Source: Nitrospirota bacterium | GTDB taxonomy: Bacteria; Nitrospirota; UBA9217 | NCBI GenBank assembly: GCA_963663225.1 | Contig: OY760142.1 | Location: 1,984,001 to 2,048,000, forward strand | DNA: 64,000 bases | Direction: 5' to 3' | Part shown: one piece after another, positions 20,167 through 30,062 of the stretch | Numbering within the stretch: the stretch's first letter is position 1 | How the letters are laid out: each line of letters begins with the position of its first letter | Translations under genes and position numbers: made by a program | Notes under the pieces: generated by a model | Seen by the model: only the letters and a program-made list of their open reading frames with translations | What the model was told of the DNA's origin: nothing | Database searches by the model: none

Positions 20167-21195
20167 ATGAAGGCAATGGTTTTGAAAAAACTCTCTTCTA
20201 CTTTTGAAAACAATGGTCCTCTCGAATTTGTCCATATGCCTGTTCCGTCCCCCCGGAAAAACGAGATTCTGTTAAAAGTTTCAGCCTGCGGGGTATGTCA
20301 CACCGAGCTGGATGAAATTGAAGGTCGGACTCCGCCCGCTGTACTGCCGATGATACTCGGCCACCAGATTGTCGGACGCGTCCAGGAATCGGGAGCAGGA
20401 GCGCGCAGGTTTAAGAACGGGGAACGGGTGGGAATTGCCTGGATACATTCAGCCTGTGGAACATGCAAATTCTGCCTCGAAGGACGGGAAAACCTTTGCC
20501 GTGATTTTAAGGCCACCGGCAGGGACGCTTGCGGCGGATATGCAGAGTATACTACCGTTCCGGAGCGCTATGCGTACGCAATACCTGAAGGTTTTTCGGA
20601 CTCACAAGCCGCACCGCTGCTGTGTGCTGGTGCAGTAGGGTACCGGTCTTTGAATCTGACAGGAATCCGTGATGGAGAAAAGATCGGGCTGACCGGTTTT
20701 GGCGCTTCCGGCCATCTGGTTCTTAAAATGATACAGCATGAATTTTCGAACACCAGCGTGTATGTTTTTTCCCGGACCGAGGCAGAACAGCAATTTGCTA
20801 AAGAACTCGGAGCGGTCTGGGCGGGCAGCCCGGAAGAAGAGACCCCGGAAAAGCTGAAAGCGATCATAGACACGACACCCGCGTGGCGACCGGTTGTTGC
20901 GGCGCTGAAGAATCTCGAACCCGGCGGCAGGCTGGTCATCAATGCAATCCGCAAGGAGGAAACTGACAAAGACGCCCTGCTTGCTCTCAATTACCAGCGC
21001 GATCTCTGGATGGAAAAGGAAATCAAAAGCGTGGCAAATATCACGCGAAAAGACGTAGAAGAATTTTTGAAACTGGCTGCGGCAATTCCAATCAAACCGG
21101 AAATTCAGGAGTACCGGCTTGAGGATGCAAATATTGCGTTGCGTGAACTAAAACAACGAAAAATCCGGGGCGCAAAAGTATTGCTCATTGCATAA
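20167..21195 (+). CDS. Zinc-binding alcohol dehydrogenase family protein
   Basis: CGVCHTELD, GHQIVG, CGTCKFC...ENLC, APLLCAG and GFGASG. Confidence 0.92.
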   Translation: MKAMVLKKLSSTFENNGPLEFVHMPVPSPRKNEILLKVSACGVCHTELDEIEGRTPPAVLPMILGHQIVGRVQESGAGARRFKNGERVGIAWIHSACGTCKFCLEGRENLCRDFKATGRDACGGYAEYTTVPERYAYAIPEGFSDSQAAPLLCAGAVGYRSLNLTGIRDGEKIGLTGFGASGHLVLKMIQHEFSNTSVYVFSRTEAEQQFAKELGAVWAGSPEEETPEKLKAIIDTTPAWRPVVAALKNLEPGGRLVINAIRKEETDKDALLALNYQRDLWMEKEIKSVANITRKDVEEFLKLAAAIPIKPEIQEYRLEDANIALRELKQRKIRGAKVLLIA

Positions 21196-21244
21196 GGGGT
21201 ATTCTACCTGCAGATATGGTCGGTGCACCTGCTGCTTGATGGTC

Positions 21245-21470
21245 TCAAGGACACTGATTGTTTATAAAACAGTAGGGATCTCTGTCTTCAAAGATATTCA
21301 GATTATGGCTGTATGCACTGGCTAAGCACCCTCCACATACCGGGTGCATAGTGCAGGACCTGCATGCAGCACTGCCTGAACGATACTTTCTGGCCTGTTC
21401 AGAATCGTAAATATCGGCAAGAGTCTGTTTCAAATTGACCGGAAACTCTGGTCCCAGCGGACATGTATTG
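21245..21470 (-). pseudogene. C-terminal remnant of a radical SAM/SPASM maturase
   Basis: Reads ...TLADIYDSEQARKYRSGSAACRSCTMHPVCGGCLA...DRDPYCF (Cx2Cx5Cx2C...DPYC SPASM tail). There is no room upstream for the radical SAM core. Confidence 0.7.
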
Positions 21471-21494
21471 ACGCGTCGTGTAATTATTCATACC

Positions 21495-22316
21495 TCAAGG
21501 AAGGATCTTGTTGATGTCTTTTTCCGCATAGTTTTCCCGGCGCCACCGGTACGGTAAATCTATGATGGCGCCCGGATTACGTATCTCGTGCAACGCGCGG
21601 AAAGCTTCAGCAAGAATGACGCGATGTTGTGCAGGCTTGAACGGCTCACCGAGCGGATGTCCGAAAGGCCATCTGACAAAAACGGTTCGCGGAGGCTTGA
21701 CTGCTTCGGAATATTTACGGACAATCGAGATGCCTATCGTCGGGATGCCGGCTTTTTCTATCACCCGCTGTATCAGTCCGACGGACTGATTACAAATGCC
21801 TCAGGCGGGAGTCAACAGAACAACATCCACGCTGTCCGCCTTTAGTTTTTGAGCTATTTCAGGTGCGCTCGTCCTTGTCAGAGTCTGGATGTGGCGGCCG
21901 GTGATATGACCCATAAAACCATAGTGAGTGTCTGCTATTCGGCCAATGAGCCCTTCCTGCTCGAATTCTTTCAATCGTTCAAGTGGAAACACGATGTTGA
22001 TGTCTTTGTCGGCATCAGCGTGGTCATAATAATCGTGCGTGATCTTGAGACTGGAAAGGGGTCTCCTTGCATCGAGGGCTCTGTAGGAAGGGTCTCCATC
22101 ATGGTCTGACATATTGAAAGGTTCCTGGTCAATATGCTGTACACCGGACGTCGTTACAATAGCTATTTTTGAACTTTTAAGGCTTTTTATAACGGGAGTC
22201 CAGGGGATATCAAGCGAAGTCAATGGATCGTAAGCGTCTATGAATTTTTTCGCCAGCGATGGGAACCGAGTAATTACTTTTGCGATGAGTTGATTTTTAA
22301 GTCTCGCAAAGTCCAT
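21495..22316 (-). CDS. Glycine/betaine/sarcosine/D-proline reductase selenoprotein B family (PrdB-like), 273 aa, UxxC (in-frame TGA at 21803-21801)
   Basis: GGAGG SD before ATG 22316. Motifs PWTP, AIVTTSGV, GDPSYR, HDYYD...DINIVFP, VDVVLLTPA-U-GICNQSVGLIQRVIEKAGIPT, KPPRT and PFGHPLGEP. The two ORF-track pieces are in frame. Confidence 0.9.
21769..21794 (-). promoter_or_regulatory. Putative bacterial SECIS element
   Basis: On the minus strand: UGA-GGCAUU-UGU-A-AUCAGUCC-GUC-GGACUGAU-ACA, an 8-bp perfect upper stem with the loop G at +19. Confidence 0.78.
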
Positions 22317-22419
22317 GTTTGGACCTCCAATGGAAAAGGTTTTTAAATCCAAAAATTCCACCAAAATGCCGGATGCTGTGCTGGGCCAATGTTTGCTCTC
22401 TGCGCCTGCTCCTGCGAAG

Positions 22420-23427
22420 TTATCTTCGCTCCGACCGTCCGCCTCCGTGCGGACTGCTGCCCTCTCTTCCTCCGCCCGGGAATCCACCTTCACGGCCTCC
22501 GCCGGGAGCCGGAGTAAATGTTTTCCCTTCTCTGCTCATACCGCCAGACGGACCGCCCTGCCTGCTACTTTCAGGAACAGGGGTGAACGTTTTATCTCTG
22601 CCTGTCAATTCACGTTCCCGGAAACCTCGAAAAACTGCATTGCTGCCTCCACGAGCACCGGTGATGATAAAGCGCTTTGACTTCTGCGGTACGCCTATTC
22701 CGCCATACGTTCGTCCATTGAACCTTTTAATCGGATCTATTCTGAAGACCCTGTTTGCGCGACGATCAACGAAGTGGTTTGAAATGATTTCCACCCGCCC
22801 GTGTACATGGACGACTCTGTGAAAATCAACCAGAATAAAATATCCGGGAAACCAGAAATCCCACCACCAGAAAGGATAGGGAATCCACGTATAAAGATAG
22901 AAATAATCCGGCGGCGGAGCGTAGTAGGTTACTATTGGCGGGCCCTGTTCAGCATAGTAGTTATTCACCACGGTAGTTCCTTCAGAATTGTCATAGTGCG
23001 GGCTTGTCTGAGCAGTTTGCCCAGGAGGCGTTCCTTGTTTTACTGCAAGGCTTAGTCCTGTTGTAACTTTCTGGAATCCCCGCAATGCCTCGTCTTTTCC
23101 GATATCCAGCCGATTTGCATCTGCAGCGTCTACAACAGATTGCCTCAACTCTCCGATGATGTCGGGTGTAACCGGGTAATCTGCAATCCATCCGTTTCTG
23201 GGGGCAATGCCTACGTCTGCCAGCCTGTTTTCGGCTTCGGTTTCATTTGCCGCTGTTGGGAGATTAAGCGCTTCAACCAGCTTGAGTGCAAGATCTCCTT
23301 CACGCACCAGGGGTTGGGCTATCGGAGGTTTTATCTCAGCAGGCTGCATCGGCTGGGCATATGTTCCTGCGGGTATTAAACACAAAACAGCAAAAGTTAT
23401 GAGTAAACGTTCAAACGACTTTTTCAT
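22420..23427 (-). CDS. Exported hypothetical protein with a Tyr/Pro/Trp-rich core and a Gly/Arg-rich tail
   Basis: GAGGT SD, signal peptide, PLVREGDLA..L, GIAPRNGWIADYPVTPD, YYAPPPDY and WIPYPFWWW. Confidence 0.75.
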   Translation of the reverse strand: MKKSFERLLITFAVLCLIPAGTYAQPMQPAEIKPPIAQPLVREGDLALKLVEALNLPTAANETEAENRLADVGIAPRNGWIADYPVTPDIIGELRQSVVDAADANRLDIGKDEALRGFQKVTTGLSLAVKQGTPPGQTAQTSPHYDNSEGTTVVNNYYAEQGPPIVTYYAPPPDYFYLYTWIPYPFWWWDFWFPGYFILVDFHRVVHVHGRVEIISNHFVDRRANRVFRIDPIKRFNGRTYGGIGVPQKSKRFIITGARGGSNAVFRGFRERELTGRDKTFTPVPESSRQGGPSGGMSREGKTFTPAPGGGREGGFPGGGREGSSPHGGGRSERR

Positions 23428-23763
23428 GTGCCACCTCGGAGTCGAATTATTTGAATCTTTGGTATCATAAGGCATTTTTCTGTGTTTATGAGCCTGTTAT
23501 TTTTATAGCACTTGCCGCAAATCCTGTCAATTTGCTCACGATAAAATAATAATTATGAAATTAATATATCGAAAAAGCGGCATGACAAGGAAGTAACGAA
23601 ATAGATAAGCAGACATCAACGGTTTGTTCTGAATGCAGATGGCGATATCGTTAAGTGGATTAATATTTGTCTACTTCTTTAAAGCAGAATATTCCAGGAT
23701 GATGTATATTATTATAAGCATAAAAATGTTTAAAAATATTATTTATGCATGCCGAAAAAGGGC

Positions 23764-23819
23764 TTGACAGGGTTGTCATTTTATCATAGTATTTTACCGC
23801 AACAGATAAGATATCTTAT
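23764..23819 (+). promoter_or_regulatory. Sigma70 promoter with a downstream palindromic operator
   Basis: TTGACA-N17-TAGTAT (23764-23792) and a perfect palindrome ATAAGATATCTTAT (23806-23819). Confidence 0.7.
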
Positions 23820-23865
23820 GACAGATTTATTGTGTTTAAAAATAGAGAGAAGGAGGAAAGTTGAG

Positions 23866-25140
23866 ATGGCACAAAAGGGTTTTATAAAAGTATTCTTGAG
23901 TGTTGTATCACTGGTGCTGCTTCTTGGTTTCTCGGTGTCTGCACAGGCACAGCAGAAAGTCATCAAAATTGGTGCTGTTTATCCTTTAACCGGCAATATT
24001 GCCTCAACAGGTCTGGACAATAAGAGGGGTGTTGATCTAGCAGTAGATATCATTAATGGCAAGTATGATCTTGACCTCCCCCTGGCAAAAAGCGAAGGTC
24101 TACCGAATCTTGGCGGTGCAAAGATCGAAATTGTTTATGCCGACACCAAGGGCGACCCCAAAAACGGCATGTCTGAGACCGAACGTCTTATTACCCAGGA
24201 AAAGGTTGTCGGTATAATCGGCGCTTACCAGAGTTCCGTGACAAAGACAGCCAGCCAGGTAACAGAAAGGCTGAAGATTCCGTATGTTTGCTCGGATTCC
24301 TCTTCTCCTACCTTGACGGAAAGAGGGTTTAAGTATTTCTTCAGGGTAAGCCCTCATGATGCGATTTTTGCTCATGACCAATTCCAATTCCTGAAAGACC
24401 TCGAAAAGAAAACCGGACAAAAAGTTAAAACCATTGCCCTGCTTTATGAGAACACAGAGTTCGGCGCCAATGTGGGCAAGGCCGAGAAAAAGTATGCTGA
24501 GCAGTATGGATACAAGGTCGTTGCCGACGTGACCTATGCTGCGAACGCGACTGACGTGACGAGCGAGGTCGGCAGACTGATGAGCAGCAACCCGGACGTT
24601 TTACTGCATGCTTCCTATATTACCGATGCCATTCTGTTTACCAAGACCTTTAAGGAAAGAGGGTTCCAACCGAAAGGCATCCTGACGATGGCGGGTTATA
24701 TCGAACCGGGTTATCTTCCGGCAATCAAGGCAGACGGGAATAATATTATGGTAAGATCCACCTTCGCCCTTGATCTTGCAAAAAAGAAGAAACTTGTTGC
24801 CCAGGTCAACCAATTGTTTAAAAAGAAATACGGCATAGATATGAGCGAAAATGCTGCCAGAAGCTTCATGGCACCCTTTGTCCTTGCAGAAGCCATCAAC
24901 CGGGCTAAGACAACGGAAGCAGAAGCCGTGGTAAATGCGCTCCTTGCGACCAATATCCCCGGCAAGCAGATCATCTATCCCTGGAAGGGAATAAAATTTG
25001 ACCCCCAGTCACACCAGAATATTTACGCACAGGGAACACTGGTGCAGATTCTGAATCAGGAATATGTGACGGTATGGCCGTTTGATGCGGCGGCCAAGCA
25101 AGTTGTATGGCCTTTCCCGGCATGGAAAGGCAGAAAGTAG
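23866..25140 (+). CDS. Liv-type ABC transporter substrate-binding protein
   Basis: AGGAGG SD, signal peptide, IKIGAVYPLTG, GAYQSSVT and YFFRVSP. Confidence 0.92.
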   Translation: MAQKGFIKVFLSVVSLVLLLGFSVSAQAQQKVIKIGAVYPLTGNIASTGLDNKRGVDLAVDIINGKYDLDLPLAKSEGLPNLGGAKIEIVYADTKGDPKNGMSETERLITQEKVVGIIGAYQSSVTKTASQVTERLKIPYVCSDSSSPTLTERGFKYFFRVSPHDAIFAHDQFQFLKDLEKKTGQKVKTIALLYENTEFGANVGKAEKKYAEQYGYKVVADVTYAANATDVTSEVGRLMSSNPDVLLHASYITDAILFTKTFKERGFQPKGILTMAGYIEPGYLPAIKADGNNIMVRSTFALDLAKKKKLVAQVNQLFKKKYGIDMSENAARSFMAPFVLAEAINRAKTTEAEAVVNALLATNIPGKQIIYPWKGIKFDPQSHQNIYAQGTLVQILNQEYVTVWPFDAAAKQVVWPFPAWKGRK

Positions 25141-25152
25141 AATGTTCCTTGT

Positions 25153-25190
25153 GGTCGGCAGCAGGACGGATATCCTCCTGCTGCCGGACC
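25153..25190 (+). other. Intergenic GC-rich hairpin after the binding-protein gene
   Basis: CGGCAGCAGGA-N9-TCCTGCTGCCG with no U-tract. Likely an mRNA-stabilising element. Confidence 0.6.
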
Positions 25191-25207
25191 GCAGATGAGG
25201 TTGATAT

Positions 25208-26068
25208 ATGTCTAATGAATTATTGCAGCAACTTATAAACGGTTTACTGATCGGATTCATGTATGCGCTGATAGCCATCGGGCTGACTCTTGTCTGGGGC
25301 GTCATGAATATCGTGAATTTTGCCCATGGCGACTTCCTTATGGTCGGGATGTTCTCCTCTTTCTGGCTCTTTACTTTGTATGCAATCGATCCCATTTTTT
25401 CTATTCCGATATGTTTTCTGCTCATGTTTTTGCTTGGGGTAGGCATTTATCGATTTATTGTGAGCAAAGTAATGAAAGGCCCCATGCTGGCGCAGGTGGT
25501 TGTCACCTTCGGAGTGAGTATTTTTGTCGCGAATCTGGCTGTTTATTTCTGGACCCCGGATTTCCGGCTTCTGCCCGCGACGATTCTTCAGGGAACATGG
25601 ACTCTCGGGGATATCGACTTCAGTGTTCCGAAAACCGTTTCCGCCATCGGGAGCATCGTTACTTCTTTCTGCGTTTATCTTTTTTTGAAGAAGACGAAAA
25701 TGGGAAAGGCAATTCTGGCAACGGAAATGGACCGCGAGGCGGCTTTGCTCATGGGAATCAACACGGAACGTATTAACTCGATTTCCTTCGGACTCGGGTT
25801 GGCGCTCGTGGGTGTTGCCGGTGCGTTTCTTTCCACATATTATTACATCTACCCGCAGGTGGGAGGGCAGTTCGGAACTCTCGCGTTTTGCATCGTTGCA
25901 CTGGGCGGTTTCGGCAGTATCGGGGGGGCATTCATTGCCGGGATACTGGTAGGTCTGGTTCAGACGCTGGGAGGGTTCTTTTTCGATCCAGCGTACAAAT
26001 ACGCTATTGTGTTTATGATCTATCTTATTACAATGTGGATAAGACCGCAAGGTCTTATGGGGTGGTAA
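25208..26068 (+). CDS. livH: Liv-type ABC permease
   Basis: YALIAIGLTLVWGVMNIVNFAHG and LGGFGSI.GA. Confidence 0.92.
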   Translation: MSNELLQQLINGLLIGFMYALIAIGLTLVWGVMNIVNFAHGDFLMVGMFSSFWLFTLYAIDPIFSIPICFLLMFLLGVGIYRFIVSKVMKGPMLAQVVVTFGVSIFVANLAVYFWTPDFRLLPATILQGTWTLGDIDFSVPKTVSAIGSIVTSFCVYLFLKKTKMGKAILATEMDREAALLMGINTERINSISFGLGLALVGVAGAFLSTYYYIYPQVGGQFGTLAFCIVALGGFGSIGGAFIAGILVGLVQTLGGFFFDPAYKYAIVFMIYLITMWIRPQGLMGW

Positions 26069-26071
26069 CGT

Positions 26072-27037
26072 ATGTTTCGTTTAACAGCTCGACAGATTGT
26101 GCCAGGAGTCATTATTCTCCTATTACTGCTAGCCTTTCCGCTGGTTGTCCAGGCGACATTTCCGATACATGTCATGATCCTCGTGTTCCTGTTCGGCATG
26201 CTCGGAATCGGCTGGAATATCATGGGCGGCTATGCAGGGATGTTTTCATTCGGGCAGGCGGCTTTTTTTGGAATAGGAGCCTATACTTCGTCCTTCCTCT
26301 CAATGACCTTCGGGGTTAATCCCTGGATAGGGCTCGTAGTCGGCGGAGTGGTTGCTGCACTGGTTGCTGCGGCAATCGGATATCCCTGCTCCAACCTTCG
26401 CGGCCACTATTTTGCTATCGCGACTATTGCCTTTGCTGAAATTGTAAGGGTTGTATTCAATAACTGGAAACTGGTAGGCGCCGCAGAAGGGCTATCCCTG
26501 CCTATGGTGGATGAGTCTCTTACCAACTTTATGTTCCACACTTCGAAGCTTCCTTACTATTATATTGCACTGGCTTTTCTCATTATCTCACTGATCGTTT
26601 GCTATTTTGTCGCCACCTCAAAAATGGGCTACTATTTCCGGGCTATCAAGGAAAGCCATGATGTCGCGGAGGTCCTGGGTGTGGATGTCGTCCGCTACCG
26701 GTTGATCGCTATCATGATAAGCGCATTTCTGAGTGCGGTAGCGGGAACGTTTTACGCACAATACATACTTTACATCGATCCCGAGAGCGTCATGCTTATG
26801 GCAATATCGGTGCAGATCGTTTTGATTACCATGCTCGGCGGCGCGGGCAGCATTATGGGGCCGGTGATTGGCGCGGCTGTCTTGATCCCCATCGCAGAAT
26901 ATACGCGTACCATGCTCGGCCATAAAGGGACCGGCGTGGATATGCTGATATACGGTTTTCTCATCATGCTCATTTCGATGTACCAACCCGCGGGAGTCTG
27001 GGGTTTTCTTTCTAGGATAGGCAGGAAAACAAAATGA
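26072..27037 (+). CDS. livM: Liv-type ABC permease
   Basis: WNIMGGYAGMFSFGQAAFFGIGAY, LRGHYFAIAT and LGGAGSIMGP. Confidence 0.92.
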   Translation: MFRLTARQIVPGVIILLLLLAFPLVVQATFPIHVMILVFLFGMLGIGWNIMGGYAGMFSFGQAAFFGIGAYTSSFLSMTFGVNPWIGLVVGGVVAALVAAAIGYPCSNLRGHYFAIATIAFAEIVRVVFNNWKLVGAAEGLSLPMVDESLTNFMFHTSKLPYYYIALAFLIISLIVCYFVATSKMGYYFRAIKESHDVAEVLGVDVVRYRLIAIMISAFLSAVAGTFYAQYILYIDPESVMLMAISVQIVLITMLGGAGSIMGPVIGAAVLIPIAEYTRTMLGHKGTGVDMLIYGFLIMLISMYQPAGVWGFLSRIGRKTK

Positions 27038-27774
27038 ACAAAGCGCTATGCTTAGACGTCAAAGGGCTGTCGATGTGGTTCGGCGGCCTTGCGGCCAACA
27101 ACGATGTAAGCTTCTCCGTGGCCGAAGGAGAAATTGTCAGCATCATCGGACCGAACGGCGCGGGCAAATCCACGCTGTTTAACTGCGTCACCGGATTTTA
27201 CAAACCGACCAGCGGTAGTGTAACGTTTTACGGCAAGGAAATCAGCCGCATGGGGGCCGATAAAATCTGTAAACTGGGAATAGCGCGCACCTTCCAGATT
27301 GTACAGGTAATCAGCGATATGACCGTCCTTGAAAACGTAACAACAGGAGCATTGTTACGCTATAACCGGGTCAAACCGGCCAGGGAAAAGGCAGAAGAAA
27401 TTCTCGCTTTTACGGGATTGCTTGAGAAAAAAGACTATCTGGCACCATCACTTACCATCGCGGATAAGAAGCGGCTTGAGGTCTCCATGGCATTGGCCAC
27501 CCAACCGCGACTGCTGATGCTTGATGAATCCATGGCAGGCCTCACCAAGGTAGAGCTGAACCAGATCATCGATCTGATCAAAAAAGTGCGTGACAGCGGG
27601 GTGACGCTGGTTGTTGTGGAACACGTGATGGAAGCCGTAATGAAAATATCAGACCGAGTCGTCGTTCTGAATTCCGGCAAAAAGATCATGGAAGGAGCAC
27701 CGAAGGAAGTGGTCTCCAATCCTGAAGTTATTCAAGCTTATTTAGGGGAAAAATACCGTGCTGTCTCTCAATAA
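27034..27774 (+). CDS. livG: Liv-type ABC ATPase
   Basis: FGGL.A, GPNGAGKST, GIARTFQ, LDE and AYLG. Confidence 0.93.
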   Translation: MNKALCLDVKGLSMWFGGLAANNDVSFSVAEGEIVSIIGPNGAGKSTLFNCVTGFYKPTSGSVTFYGKEISRMGADKICKLGIARTFQIVQVISDMTVLENVTTGALLRYNRVKPAREKAEEILAFTGLLEKKDYLAPSLTIADKKRLEVSMALATQPRLLMLDESMAGLTKVELNQIIDLIKKVRDSGVTLVVVEHVMEAVMKISDRVVVLNSGKKIMEGAPKEVVSNPEVIQAYLGEKYRAVSQ

Positions 27775-28462
27775 TATATCCGTTGGTTATAAGGGTCTCC
27801 TGGCTGTCCAGGATGCCTCATTTAAGATCAATGACGGGGAGATCGTGAGCCTTATCGGTTCAAACGGTGCCGGGAAATCGACCATCGTTAAGGCCATCTC
27901 CGGTCTTTTGCATCCTCAAAAGGGTGAAATTACTTTCAAAAACATACCGATTCACAAGACGGCTCCCTTCGATATCGTAAAGCTGGGCATTTCCATGATT
28001 CCCGAAGGGAGAAGGCTCTTTGGAAGATTGTCCGTGCTGGATAATCTCTTGATGGGTGCGTACGCGATTTCATCCAAGTCGGAAATTGAAAAAAACCTGC
28101 AGACGGTCTTCGAGTTATTTCCCATTCTGAAGGAAAGACAAGCGCAACGCTCCCAAACCTTCAGCGGCGGTGAGCAGCAGCAGCTTGCCATCGGACGGGG
28201 TCTTATGTCCAACCCGTCGCTGCTTGTGCTGGATGAGCCTTCTCTGGGACTCAGCCCAAAACTGGTTTCGGAAATATTCCGGATTGTCAAGGAAATCAAT
28301 GCCCGGGGTGTCACGATCCTGCTCGTCGAGCAGAATGTTTTCGAAGCTCTGGAGATTTCCCACCGCGCCTATGTTCTCCAAACAGGACACATTGTGATGG
28401 AAGGAAAAAGCCAGGAACTCCTGCAAAGCGATCTCGTGCGGCAGGCCTATCTTGGCATGTAG
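27758..28462 (+). CDS. livF: Liv-type ABC ATPase
   Basis: GSNGAGKST, PEGRRLF, SGGEQQ, LDEPSLGL and LLVEQN. Confidence 0.93.
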   Translation: MLSLNNISVGYKGLLAVQDASFKINDGEIVSLIGSNGAGKSTIVKAISGLLHPQKGEITFKNIPIHKTAPFDIVKLGISMIPEGRRLFGRLSVLDNLLMGAYAISSKSEIEKNLQTVFELFPILKERQAQRSQTFSGGEQQQLAIGRGLMSNPSLLVLDEPSLGLSPKLVSEIFRIVKEINARGVTILLVEQNVFEALEISHRAYVLQTGHIVMEGKSQELLQSDLVRQAYLGM

Positions 28463-28487
28463 TCCGTTCTGATTGAGTGAATCAGGT

Positions 28488-29774
28488 ATGAATTTCATCA
28501 TGAAATATGGGAAAACAGGATTGTCTCTTGATCTTCCTGATACTCTAGAGCCGACTGTTATCCAGAAGCAAGTAATGCCTGTTTTGCAAGACCCCGAGAA
28601 TGCCGTCCTGTCCGCTTTTGCAAATCCCGTACAATGCAAGACACTCCGCGAGGAGGCAGCAGGCTCCCGCAGCGCCTGTATTTTAATCTGCGATATTACG
28701 CGGCCGGTGCCGAACAAACACATTCTTCCTCCCCTGGTAAAAGAGCTGATTGCGGCGGGGATGAACCCCCAGTCGATCTCGATCCTTGTTGCAACGGGCC
28801 TTCATCGGCCGAGCGAAGGCGATGAACTTCGTGAACTGGTGGGAAGCGACTGGGTCATGAATACCGTCTCTGTCGCGAACCACTACGCCCGCAATAGTGA
28901 GGACCACGAATATATCGGAACGACCACGACCGGCATCGAAACAAGGCTCGACCGCCGGTTTCTGAAAGCAGAACTTCGCATTGTCATCGGGCTTGTGGAA
29001 CCGCATTTCATGGCAGGATATTCCGGAGGAAGAAAGATCGTGGCCCCCGGCGTTGCTTATGAAAAGACGATCCGGTCCTTTCACTGCGCAAAGATTCTTG
29101 AGGATTCCAAATCCGCAAGCTGTGTCTTAGAGGGAAATCCGCTGCACGAGACGCAGATGGAAATTGTGCGGATGGTAGGAAAGTGTTTCGCCATCAATAC
29201 CGTCATTGACGAAGACAAAAAAATGTCTTTTGTGAACTTTGGAGAGATCGAACAAAGTCATCTAGAGGCCGTATCTTTTGTACGACCGTATGCAATTATT
29301 CCGGTCCATCGCAGGTTTAAGACAGTTTTGACCAGCTCTGCAGGCTATCCCCTCGATAAAACATACTATCAGACAGTCAAAGGAATGGTGGGCCCCGTTG
29401 ATATTCTGGAGCCCGGCGGAGATATTATCATTGTTTCCGCATGTTCAGAAGGCGTCGGATCGCCTGAATACGCAGAGGCCCAGTTGTGTCTTGTGAATCA
29501 GGGACCAGACAAATTTCTTGATGAAATTTTGGAGAAACGGTACGCAGCGGTTGATGAATGGCAGACGGAAATGCAGGTCAAGGCCATGAAGAGGGCAAAT
29601 ATTTATTTGTATACCGAGGGGTTAACAAAGGAAGAACGGTCCATTACCGGGGTTTCCCTGATTCCGTCTCCGGTGGCCGCGATCATGGATAGTGTTGCGC
29701 GCCATCGTGATAACCGTATAGCCGTAATTCCCGAAGGACCGTACGTGGTTCCTATGTTTATACCATCTCCATAA
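28488..29774 (+). CDS. larA: Nickel-pincer-dependent lactate racemase family (LarA superfamily) hydroxy-acid racemase/epimerase
   Basis: DITRPVP, ATGLHRP, EPHFMAGYSGGRK, GNPLH and GYPLDKTYYQTVKG. Confidence 0.9.
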   Translation: MNFIMKYGKTGLSLDLPDTLEPTVIQKQVMPVLQDPENAVLSAFANPVQCKTLREEAAGSRSACILICDITRPVPNKHILPPLVKELIAAGMNPQSISILVATGLHRPSEGDELRELVGSDWVMNTVSVANHYARNSEDHEYIGTTTTGIETRLDRRFLKAELRIVIGLVEPHFMAGYSGGRKIVAPGVAYEKTIRSFHCAKILEDSKSASCVLEGNPLHETQMEIVRMVGKCFAINTVIDEDKKMSFVNFGEIEQSHLEAVSFVRPYAIIPVHRRFKTVLTSSAGYPLDKTYYQTVKGMVGPVDILEPGGDIIIVSACSEGVGSPEYAEAQLCLVNQGPDKFLDEILEKRYAAVDEWQTEMQVKAMKRANIYLYTEGLTKEERSITGVSLIPSPVAAIMDSVARHRDNRIAVIPEGPYVVPMFIPSP

Positions 29775-30062
29775 ACTGCATACTCTCTTCAGATGCAGTT
29801 GTTTTCCCCGCGATGCTGCCTGTCTCAATACTCGGCGCCTTTCCTTTCTTTCAGAACATCTTTTTCAATATCCCATGATGACATTTTTGTTAAAACGATG
29901 TTTGTATACTGCTGTTTAGATAGAAAAAATAGTTTTTTCGCGCTGTAATGCAATGCAGTATTGTGCAATTTTTTGTTGCTAGAGGCCATAATTTTGTGTA
30001 ATATATAAGACTAACTTTTTTATTACAAAAACACACGAATCTCAGGAAAGTATAATCTGGTA

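Noticed and set aside
21801-22493. ORF-track 230-aa protein with a 59-aa N-terminal extension, plus a separate 89-aa ORF
   Set aside because: The extension overlaps the upstream gene, the SD-supported start is 22316, and both pieces form one UxxC protein.
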